Shown: positions 1 through 9,500 of the stretch, in pieces | Layout of the letters: each line of letters begins with the position of its first letter | Numbering within the stretch: the stretch's first letter is position 1 | Source of the DNA: Citreicoccus inhibens | GTDB taxonomy: Bacteria > Myxococcota > Myxococcia > Myxococcales > Myxococcaceae | Assembly: GCF_019039035.1 (NCBI RefSeq) | Contig: NZ_JAHNZT010000001.1 | Span: 242,049-274,048 of the forward strand | Length of the DNA: 32,000 nucleotides | Direction of reading: 5' to 3' | The notes under the pieces: generated by a model | The model's input: the letters and a program-made list of their open reading frames with translations, nothing else | What the model was told of the DNA's origin: nothing | The model's database searches: none | Program-made: the position numbers and the translations under genes

Positions 1-234
1 GCCCAGCGCGACCATCGGCTCCACCACCGCGCGCACGCCCCGAGGCTTCGAGCCCGAGCGCGCCGCGAGCGTCTCCAAGGACACGGGCGCGGAGCCCTCG
101 TCCGGCAGGTGCGCGAAGAGGCCGAGCGCGGGCGCGGCGAGCAGCGCGGCGGACTCGTTGCTCGCGTCGCGGGCCCAGAAGTTGAGGCGCCGGACGAAGT
201 CGGGGGGAGGTGCGGAGGCAGCGGGCTCGCTCAC
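1..234 (-). CDS. Partial CDS (5' end only, continues past the window start). Hypothetical protein whose N-terminus resembles a winged-helix / O-methyltransferase-type dimerisation region.
   Basis: Absent from the ORF track because it has no stop in the window. The minus-strand frame starts at GTG (232-234), with AGGAG 6 nt upstream (complement of 241-245), and stays open to position 1. It translates to VSEPAASAPPPDFVRRLNFWARDASNESAALLAAPALGLFAHLPDEGSAPVSLETLAARSGSKPRGVRAVVEPMVALG with strong G/C third-position bias. It begins 58 nt downstream of the ABC permease stop on the same strand. The family assignment is only a resemblance. Confidence 0.45.
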   Translation of the reverse strand, partial: MSEPAASAPPPDFVRRLNFWARDASNESAALLAAPALGLFAHLPDEGSAPVSLETLAARSGSKPRGVRAVVEPMVALG

Positions 235-292
235 GAGAGACTCCTGTCGGTGCGATGGGGAGAGCGTCGAGGGGAGAGACGAAGCGGCGGGC

Positions 293-1314
293 TCATACCC
301 ACCGGAAGAAGCGAAGGGCGCCCGCGTAGAAGACCACGGACCATGCGAGCAGCACGGCCAGCGGCACCGCCAGCGTGGTCAGCCCCGCGCCTTCCAACAT
401 GATGCCGCGCAGGGCTGCGTTGAGAGGCGTAAGCGGCAGCGCCTCGATGAGCGGCCGGGCCCAACCCGGCAGCCGCTCCAGCGGGAAGAAGACGCCCGAG
501 AGGAACACCATGGGGAGCGTGACGACGTTGAAGACGCCGTTGGCGGACTCATCGCTGTCGATGCGGCTGGCGGCGAAGAGCCCCAACCCGCCAAAGCACG
601 TGGCACCGAGCAGCACGACGCCCGCGAAGGCCAGGTAGCTGCCCACCATGGGCACGCCATACGCGAGCCGGGCGAAGGCGCAGAAGAAGACCATCTCCAG
701 CAACGCGAACACACCCCGCGCGAGCGCGAAGGCGGCGAAGAAGTGCCCCCTCCGCATGGGCGTGGCGCCCAACCGCTTGAGCAGCTTGCCGCCCCGCATG
801 ATGACCAGCGGCAGCGCCATGGTCCACACGCTGGTCGACATCAACGACAGGCCCAGGAGCCCCGGGATGAGGAAGTCCACGTAGCGGCTGCCCGGCTCGG
901 ACACGGGCGTGGCGCGCAGCCGCTTGCGGTCCGCAGAGGGAGGAGACAACGCGGACTCCACCAGCAGCCGCGCGGACCGGCCCTCCGGGCGACTCGGATC
1001 CACGCGCAGCTCCAGCGCGGGGCCCGGCACGAGCACCATCGCCACCTTGCCCTGGCTGAGCTGTCGGTGCGCCTCCTCGGCCGTCAGGCGCAGCACGGCC
1101 AGCTCGGGCTCCGTGGCCAATCGCTCGGCCAGCGCCTGCGCGCCCGCTCCGTCCACGATGGCGACCTTCACCGGCCCCAGCACGTCGCGCTCGAAGGCGG
1201 TGCCCAGCACCATGGACACCACCACGGGGAAGACGAACGTCCAGAAGAGCACGCCCGGGTTGCGCCACAGCAAGCGCAGGCGCATGAGCAGCAACTGCAC
1301 GAGGGGATTCGTCC

Positions 1315-1318
<4 letters not shown>
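293..1318 (-). CDS. ABC-2 type transporter permease
   Basis: 341-aa ORF with about 6 hydrophobic segments and a typical ABC-2 N-terminus (LLLMRLRLLWRNPGVLFWTFVFPVVV). Its GTG start overlaps the upstream ATPase stop as GTGA (1315-1318), suggesting translational coupling. Confidence 0.85.
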
Positions 1319-2253
<935 letters not shown>

Positions 2254-2356
2254 GGGGAGAGAACCAGGTGGGGAGAGGCCCCGAGTATGGCCCAGCCCGC
2301 GACGGGCGCCCACCGCCCTGTGCGTGCAAACGCGCGGGCAGTGGTACGGTGCGCGG

Positions 2357-3175
2357 GTGTCCCTGGACGACTCTCTCGCGGCGCGGGTGGAACGGCTGGA
2401 GCTGCCGTTCAACGAGTACGGCGTGGACCCGTACGGCATCTCCAAGAAGCACCTGAAGCTGGCGCTGGAGGCCTTCGGCCTCCTGTACCGCCACTACTTC
2501 CGCGTGCGCTGCGTGGGCGCGCAACACATCCCCCCGCGCGGGCGGGCCATGCTGGTGGGCAACCACTCCGGCGGCGTCGCCGTGGATGGGGCCATGGTGC
2601 TCACCTCCACCCTGCTGGAGATGAACCCGCCCCGGCTCTCCCAGGGCATGGTCGAGCGCTTCATCCACAAGTTCCCCGTGGCCTCGCTCTGGGCCAGCCG
2701 CACCGGCCAGTTCACCGGCCTGCCCGAGCACGCCCGGCGGCTGCTCGAGGATGACCGGCTCCTGATGATCTTCCCCGAGGGCGCGCGCGGCACCGCCAAG
2801 CTGTTCCGCGACCGCTACTCGCTCGTGGACTTCGGCACGGGCTTCATGCGGATGGCGCTGCAGACGCGCTCGCCCATCGTCCCGTTCGCGTTCCTGGGCG
2901 GCGGCTCGGCCATCCCCACCATCTTCAACGCCTACGCACTGGGTCGGCTGCTCGGCGTTCCATATGTGCCGCTCACGCCCTACCTGCTGCCCGTCCCCCT
3001 CCCCGTCCGACTGGAAATCCACTATGGCGAGCCGCTCCATTTCCAGGGCACCGGCGACGAGGAAGACCATGTCATCGAGGGCTACGTGCAGCAGGTGAAA
3101 CAAGCCATCACCCGGCTCATCGAGACGGGCCGCCAGGAGCGGCAGCACCGCCGCGAGCAGGGGCTGCTGCCATGA
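2357..3175 (+). CDS. Lysophospholipid / 1-acyl-glycerol-3-phosphate acyltransferase family protein (PlsC-like)
   Basis: Acyltransferase motifs MLVGNHSGGVAVDG and IFPEGARGT, followed by a conserved SPIVPFAF block. The likely start is GTG 2357 (VSLDDSLAARVERLELPF). The upstream part of the 400-aa ORF is antisense to the ABC ATPase and has junk composition. The stop overlaps the next gene's start (ATGA at 3172-3175). Confidence 0.8.
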   Translation: MSLDDSLAARVERLELPFNEYGVDPYGISKKHLKLALEAFGLLYRHYFRVRCVGAQHIPPRGRAMLVGNHSGGVAVDGAMVLTSTLLEMNPPRLSQGMVERFIHKFPVASLWASRTGQFTGLPEHARRLLEDDRLLMIFPEGARGTAKLFRDRYSLVDFGTGFMRMALQTRSPIVPFAFLGGGSAIPTIFNAYALGRLLGVPYVPLTPYLLPVPLPVRLEIHYGEPLHFQGTGDEEDHVIEGYVQQVKQAITRLIETGRQERQHRREQGLLP

Positions 3176-4107
3176 GGGTGCTCATCCTGGGCATCGCGGG
3201 CGGCATCGCGCGCAAGCTGGCGCTGCGCCTGCACGCGGCCGGGCACGAAGTGGTGGGCATCGACGTGCGCCCCTGGCACGACGCGCCCGAGGGCATCGAG
3301 GTGCACCGGGTGGACGTGCGCAAGCGCGCCGCCGAGGACGTCTTCCGCCGCCGCCGCCCCGAGGCCGTGGTGCACATGGCCACCGTGACGGCCTTCACCG
3401 TGCGCGGCGGCGAGCGCGGGCGCATCAACCTGGATGGCACCAAGGCGGTGTTCGACCACTGCGCCACCCACGGCGTGAAGCAGGTCGTCTTCGTCGGCCG
3501 CCACACCTTCTACGGCGCGGCGGCGGACTCGCCCCTGTACCACTCCGAGGACGAGCCTCCCCGCGCGCTGGAGTCCATCCCCGAGCTGGCGGACCTGGTG
3601 GCCGCGGACCTGTACGCGGCGACGGCGCTGTGGCGGCTGCCGCAGATGACCACCGCGGTGCTGCGGCTCGTCTACACGCTGGGCACACCGGGCACGGGCA
3701 CGCTGGCCACGTTCCTGCGCGGCCGTCGCGTGCCCATGGTGCTGGGGTACGACCCGCTGTTCCATGTCCTCCAGGAAGAGGACGTGGTGACGGCGCTGCA
3801 CCTCGCGCTGGAGAAGCAGCTGCGCGGCATCTTCAACGTCGCGGGGCCGCCGCCCATCCCGCTGTCCGTCATCATCAAGGGCACGGGCCGCACGCCGGTG
3901 CCGCTGCCCGCGCCGGTGCTCTCGCTCATTCTGGGCCGCGCGGGGCTGCCTCGACTGAGCGTGGGCGCGGTGGACCACCTGCGCCACCCCATCGTCCTCG
4001 ACAACCGCCGCTTCCTGGACGCCACGGGCTTCCAGTACTCGTACGACGAGGGCCGCATCCTCCGCGCCTACGCGGATGCCCTGCCGGTGGACCGCACCGG
4101 GCGCTGA
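3172..4107 (+). CDS. NAD-dependent epimerase/dehydratase family (extended SDR) protein
   Basis: N-terminal Rossmann motif [20 protein letters not shown]. 311 aa with almost exclusively G/C-ending codons. Its start is coupled to the acyltransferase gene. Confidence 0.85.
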   Translation: MRVLILGIAGGIARKLALRLHAAGHEVVGIDVRPWHDAPEGIEVHRVDVRKRAAEDVFRRRRPEAVVHMATVTAFTVRGGERGRINLDGTKAVFDHCATHGVKQVVFVGRHTFYGAAADSPLYHSEDEPPRALESIPELADLVAADLYAATALWRLPQMTTAVLRLVYTLGTPGTGTLATFLRGRRVPMVLGYDPLFHVLQEEDVVTALHLALEKQLRGIFNVAGPPPIPLSVIIKGTGRTPVPLPAPVLSLILGRAGLPRLSVGAVDHLRHPIVLDNRRFLDATGFQYSYDEGRILRAYADALPVDRTGR

Positions 4108-4210
4108 CCTGGCACGGCGGACACCCGCCCCCGGTTCGTGACGACCCCCTGCCAGGGGTCCACTTCTGGAAACGACCCAAGCCACCGGGTCTCCCCCTCG
4201 CTTGATTCCC

Positions 4211-5506
4211 ATGGATTCCTGGGAGCAGGCTCGGCATCGCGCGGCGGGCCTCCGCCGCCCGACCCGTGGGGGAGTTCGCTTGTCGCCGCCGGTGGAAGCC
4301 GCGCTGCTCGATGCCTTGGATCGCCAGGCACGCCGACGCGCGGAGGGAGTCGCCACGCTGAGCGTCCTCGCGGGCCCGCTCGGGTCCGGCGCGGCGCTGT
4401 GGTCTCGCTGGGCGGAGCGACAAGGTCGGCGCGTCGTCGTCACCGACGCCGAGGATCCGCGCTCGGCCGCGCTCGATTGGGCCCGAGCGCTCTCGGCGGA
4501 GCGAGACCTGGGCGCGGACGCCGAAGCGCTCGCGACCTTCGCGCTCACGGCCGCGCACCCGCGCCACGCCCCCTCCTTCGCGGGCAAGACGCCGCATGAG
4601 CGCCGCGTCCTTCTGGACGCGCTGCCCCCTCCGGCACTGCCCGAGTTCACCTGGGCGCTGTGTCGCCAGCTCATCGAGCAGCGCCCCTCGTTCGACCCCG
4701 GCACGCTGCCGCCTCCCGTGCGAGAGGCACTCCGCCGAGAGCCCCACGCGGCGCTGCAGGCCCTGGAGGCCCTCGTGCCCGCGAGGCATCTGCCCGCGCT
4801 CCGCTGCCGCGCCGGAGCATCCCCCACCCTCTGGGGCCTGCAGTCCGCCGCCGCCCTGTGCCTCGCGGCGCCGATGCTGCCGCTGGCGTGCACGGTGGAG
4901 CCTGACGCGCTCGACGCCTTCCTGCGGGGGCGGGAGTCCCAGGTGCTCGCCGTCGCGCGCGAAGGGCGGCTGGACCTGGGGGCCCCCGTGCCCACCCCCG
5001 TCGCCGCCGCGGCCGACGCGGCCATGGCGCTCCACGGCCGACTCGCGCGCGAGCAAGCCCCCGACGCGAAGCGCGTGCTCCACGCGGAGGCAGCGCGGGC
5101 CGTCCTGTCCGGAGCCCCCGGAACGCCCGAGGAGTTCGCGCGAAGCAAGGCCGAGCAATTCCTCGCCGAGTGCCTTCGTGGCCGCCCCGCCACCGCGGGG
5201 CTGTTCCAGCTCAACCAGCGCCTCCAGCTCGCGGGGGAGGAGCGCGCGTGGGAGGTGGACCTGCTGTGCCGCGAGTGGCGGCTCGCCGTGGAGATTGACG
5301 GCTACTTCCACTTCCTCGACGCGGAGCGCTTCCGTCGGGATCGCCGCAAGGACCTCGCGCTCCAGCGCGCGGGTTACTGGGTGGTCCGCGTGCTCGCCGA
5401 GGACGTGGTGTCTCGCGCCGAGGACATCCTCGACACCTTGGAATCCCTCATCGCCGCCCGCCAGCGTGACGCCGTCGGGCAGGAGGCCGCTCATGGACGC
5501 CGCTGA
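4211..5506 (+). CDS. Hypothetical protein with a C-terminal DUF559 / Vsr-like (PD-(D/E)xK) endonuclease domain and a degenerate P-loop-like N-terminus. Gene A of the candidate system.
   Basis: The C-terminus (SKAEQFLAECL...WEVDLLCREWRLAVEIDGYFHFLDAERFRRDRRKDLALQRAGYWVVRVLAEDV) matches the DUF559 pattern; the E-I-D codons are at 5291-5299. The N-terminus has LSVLAGPLGSGAALW, which is GxxGxG with no Lys. The start is ATG 4211 or TTG 4202, and I see no clear Shine-Dalgarno sequence. Confidence 0.7.
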   Translation: MDSWEQARHRAAGLRRPTRGGVRLSPPVEAALLDALDRQARRRAEGVATLSVLAGPLGSGAALWSRWAERQGRRVVVTDAEDPRSAALDWARALSAERDLGADAEALATFALTAAHPRHAPSFAGKTPHERRVLLDALPPPALPEFTWALCRQLIEQRPSFDPGTLPPPVREALRREPHAALQALEALVPARHLPALRCRAGASPTLWGLQSAAALCLAAPMLPLACTVEPDALDAFLRGRESQVLAVAREGRLDLGAPVPTPVAAAADAAMALHGRLAREQAPDAKRVLHAEAARAVLSGAPGTPEEFARSKAEQFLAECLRGRPATAGLFQLNQRLQLAGEERAWEVDLLCREWRLAVEIDGYFHFLDAERFRRDRRKDLALQRAGYWVVRVLAEDVVSRAEDILDTLESLIAARQRDAVGQEAAHGRR

Positions 5507-6503
5507 CACCCGACTGGAGGGACTCGCCCTCGCCTGGCTCGCCACCCGAAGCAGCCGTCCCGGCACGCGCAAGGAGCTGGCGGACGCGTTGCACCCCTTC
5601 GTCGAGCACCGCTGGAGTCGCGCGGAGTGGGCGCGGCGCTACGAGACCCTCGTGGACACGATGCTCGCGGACGCGCTGGTGCAGCCGCGCTCGCGCCAGG
5701 GACTCACCCTGACGCCCGACGGGCGCAAGCGGGCCCTCCAGTTCCTCGGCGTGGATTCACCCCGGGGCCTCACGTGGAAGAGACTCAAGCAACAGCACCT
5801 GATGGCGCGGAGCCTGGAGCTGCCCGCGTCCAAGGCCGTGCTGACGAAGCTGGCGAACGCGGATGGAATGCGCGCCGCGCTCCTCAAGCGAGAGCACGCC
5901 GTGGAAGGACCGGACGCGCCCACGCTCGCGCAGGTGCGAGACCGGCTGCTGTGGCGCAGCCTGGGCGTGGAGACCGACAGGCCCTTCACCCTGGCCGCGG
6001 TGCAGGCGCACCTCCTGAGTTCGCTCCTGGAGCTGGAGGTCGCTCAACCGCGCCGAGCCTTGGAGCAGCTCGCGGCCCGAGCCGCGGGCGCGGCGCGCGC
6101 GGACGCCGAAGCGCTGCGACTCGCGCTGCTGCGCGGTTGGCTGATGGCGGACGCCACCGAGGCCGCGCCCCGCCCCACCGCGCCGCCGCCCGAGGAACCC
6201 AGGCCCACGGCCCCCGAGCCCACCTCGGCGAGAACCTCGTTCGCGGAGCACCTGCTGGCGGTCGCGCGCGCGCTGCCCACCGGACGCTACGGAGACAACA
6301 AGGTGTTCATCTCCCACGTCTGGCGAGCCCTCCAGCCCGAGTGGCCCAACCGCGAGGCCTTCGATGAGGCCCTGCTGGAAGCCAACCGCGCAAGACAGCT
6401 CTCCCTGAGCCGCGCGGACCTCGTGTCCGCGATGGACCCCACGGACGTGTCCGAGTCCGAAGTGCGCGCGCTCGGCGCCAGCTTTCACTTCGTCGTCATC
6501 TAG
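5493..6503 (+). CDS. Hypothetical protein with no recognisable catalytic motif. Gene B of the candidate system.
   Basis: ATG at 5493 (MDAADTRLEGLALAWLATRSS...) overlaps the end of gene A by 14 nt. 336 aa, helical and Leu/Ala/Arg-rich, with a Pro-rich linker holding two PRPTAP copies. The C-terminal block is GRYGDNKVFISHVWRAL...LSLSRADLVSAMDP...GASFHFVVI. The codons 5' of 5493 in the 635-aa ORF are an alternate frame of gene A. Confidence 0.6.
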   Translation: MDAADTRLEGLALAWLATRSSRPGTRKELADALHPFVEHRWSRAEWARRYETLVDTMLADALVQPRSRQGLTLTPDGRKRALQFLGVDSPRGLTWKRLKQQHLMARSLELPASKAVLTKLANADGMRAALLKREHAVEGPDAPTLAQVRDRLLWRSLGVETDRPFTLAAVQAHLLSSLLELEVAQPRRALEQLAARAAGAARADAEALRLALLRGWLMADATEAAPRPTAPPPEEPRPTAPEPTSARTSFAEHLLAVARALPTGRYGDNKVFISHVWRALQPEWPNREAFDEALLEANRARQLSLSRADLVSAMDPTDVSESEVRALGASFHFVVI

Positions 6504-6523
6504 CCCGAGGTCCGCGAATCCCC

Positions 6524-9500
6524 ATGGCCACCGATGCTCGACTGACTGCCTTCCTCACTGACGGCTGCGAGGTCTTCAGCAGCGTCCAGCAGGGACAAGC
6601 CCTCTGGCAGCCCGACCCCTTCGACGTCGAGTCGATGAACGCGCAGGCCCGCCGCGCCTTCGAGCGACTCGTCCAACGCGCCACGCGCCGCGCCCCGCCC
6701 CCGGACTCCGGCAAGCTCCTGCTCGTCCTGGGCGAGTCCGGCAGCGGGAAGACACACCTGGTCCGGGCGTTCCGGAACGGCGTGCACGGCAAGCAGCAGG
6801 GCTATGTCGGCTACGTGCCCATGACGGTGGACGCGGCCCACTACGACCGGCATGTGCTGTCCAATCTCATCACGTCGCTGGACCACAGCTATGCCAGCGA
6901 CCAAGGGGAGGACTCCGGGCTCACGCGGCTGTCCGACGCGATGATGAAGCGCTGCTCCAGCGCCTTCGCGCCCCTCATCCCCGCGGAGCAGATCCTCGAC
7001 GAGGAGGAGCTGCACGGCGTCATCCACTCCGTCGCGGATGAGCTGCACGCCGACCCGAACTTCAGCGCGGTGGACGTGAGCCTCCTGCGCGCGCTGCTCT
7101 ACTTGCAGCGCCGAGACGCGCGCTTCCATCACCGCGTGCTCCAGTGGCTGCGCTGCGAGGACCTGTCCCCCGCGGACCGCAAGGTGCTGGGGGAGCTGGT
7201 GCCCCGCACGGCGGACGATGACCCGGGCCGCATGATGGAGCACCTGGGCCTGTTGATGGGTGTGCTGGGTCAGGCGCTCGTCATCTGCGTGGACCAGATG
7301 GAGGACATCAGCGACTTCGAGCAGAACCCTCGGATGGAGCCCTCCTGCCGCCGAGCGATGAGCTCGCTGGCCGCGCTGGCCGGGCGCGTGCCCACGGCGG
7401 TGGTGGTCGTCTGCTGCCTCACCGACTTCTGGACCAAGATGCGCGCCCAGCTCAATCAGGCGATGATCGACCGGATCGAGAACGACCCAGAGCCCGTGGA
7501 GCTGGACCGGCTGGTGAGCGCCGCCACGGCGCGGGACATCGCCGCGCGGCGGCTGAGCGCGCTGTATGCGCAGCGCCAGGCGAAGCCAGACGCAGCGGAT
7601 CCGACATACCCCTTCCCCGTGCAAGGCTTCGAGAAGCTCGCCGGCTTCCGCGCCCGCGACGTGCTGAACGAGTGCCGCCGCTACCGGGACCGCGCCATCC
7701 AGGACGGCAAGCTGCCCGAGACCTTCCCGCTGGTCCGCCCTGCGCGCCCCGGAACCGAGCACCCGCTCACGCCCCCCGTGACGCCCTCGCCGCTCGGGCA
7801 GGTGTGGATCGACTTCAAGGCCAACTTCAAGGCGCAGGTCCCGGATCAGAGCGCGGACATCGCCGCGCTGCTCGCGTGGGCCATCGAGTTGGGCGGCCAT
7901 GAGCTGGGCGGCCCGCCACGCTTCGCGGTCCGCGCGCGGGATGGCGAGTCACTCGAGGTCTTCGAGAAGCCCGCGGGCCGCGAGCTGTTCGTCGCGCTGT
8001 GCAACAAGTCCTCACGAGGCGGGCACCTGTCGAAGCAGATGGCCGAAGCGCTGCGCGCCGCCGCGGGCAAGGTCCCCATCCTGGTGCGCACCACGGACTT
8101 CCCCTCGACGCTGGGCAATCAAGTGGCGGAGCAGACCTCGCTCCTGCTGAAGCGAGGGGGCCGGCGCGCGGTCATCGCCGACAGCGACATGCGCGAACTC
8201 GTGGCCCTGCAAGCCTTCCGGCAAGCACACCCCGAGCAAGCCTTCCTGGACTGGACCCGCCAGTCACAACCCATCACCCGGTTGAAGTCCATCAGCGACA
8301 TGCTCGGGCTGGAGAGGCTCGCGGGGCAGTCCGGAGCCCAGGCCGCGGCGCGCGCCCCCGCCCCGACCACCAAGCGCGCGGACGTGCAGGTTTTCGAGCA
8401 GCAACGCGGCACGTTCGGCAAGCCCCCCGGCCTCACCCCCAACACGAGGCGCCCCGACGCCGCGCCTCGCTCGCCACAGGATTTGGATGAGGTCGCGTTC
8501 TCGGGGGACTTCGAAGCCATGGGGCACATGCTGACGTCGCATCCCCCCGAGCCGCGCAAGCCACACTCCGACTCCACACCGGTCATCAATCAACCCATCG
8601 CGAGAATCCCGCTGCCGGACCTCGTCACGGGTCCGCTCCAGTTGGGCGTCACCGAGGGCCTCCTCTCCGAGCCCCTCACGATGGACGTGGAAGACCTGAC
8701 GCGGCACTGCGCCTTCCTGGGCGGAACGGGCAGCGGCAAGACGACGCTGGCGCTCAGCGTGGTGGAGCAGCTCCTGCTGCAAGGCATCCCCGCGCTGCTG
8801 CTGGACCGCAAGGGCGACCTCGCCTCCTACGCGAAGGATGAAGCGTGGCGGGAGAAGCTGGACGTCCCCTTCCTCGAGGAGCGGCGCCGGCTGCTGCGTG
8901 AGCGCGTGGACGTGGCGCTCTACACCCCGGGCCGCTCGGATGGACGTCCACTGGCCATGCCCCTGGTGCCACGCGGCCTGGAGCAACTCCCTCCCGAGGA
9001 ACAGGAGCAGGGACTGCAACAAGCGGCGGACGCGCTCGCGAGCATGCTGGAGTACAAGAACAATCCCCGAGACCGAGCCTCCCGCGCGCTCCTGTCGCAA
9101 GCCATCCGCCTGCTGACCCATCGCGCGCCGCAGCGAGAACTGTCGCTGGGGATGATTCATGAGCTCGTGGAGTCGATGGACCCCACGCTCGTCCAGGAGG
9201 CCAAGGGCCTGGACCCCAAGTTGTTCCCCAAGCTCAGCCAGGACATCGCCACGCTGCGCATGAACAAGCGCACGCTGCTGTCCAGCACGGGCGAGAAGCT
9301 GGACCTGGAGGAACTGCTGGGCCGAGGCCCGGGTGCCAACTCGGGGCGCACGCGGCTGAGCATCGTCAGCACCAAGTTCCTGGGCGACACCCCCAACGTC
9401 CTCTTCTGGGTCTCCCAGTTGCTCCAGGAAGCGAACCGCTGGGCGAGCCAGCATCCCTCGCCGCGCCTCCAGGCCACGATCCTCTTCGACGAGGCGGACC

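Noticed and set aside
4110-4124. Possible sigma-54 promoter (TGGCAC) upstream of the candidate system
   Set aside because: The -24-like TGGCAC is present, but the expected -12 TTGC after 5 nt reads ACAC, so it does not fit the TGGCAC-N5-TTGC consensus.
4596-5492. 5' part of the 635-aa plus-strand ORF (4596..6503) as a longer version of gene B
   Set aside because: This part is an alternate frame of gene A with S/P/R/C-rich junk composition. The ATG at 5493 gives a typical short overlap with the stop of gene A.
3082-5572. Minus-strand ORFs of 710 aa (3082..5214) and 548 aa (3926..5572) opposite the SDR gene and gene A
   Set aside because: Both have extreme Arg/Ala/Ser/Gly content and no motifs, and they overlap each other in different frames. 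The plus strand carries a recognisable SDR and a DUF559 domain with proper third-position GC bias.
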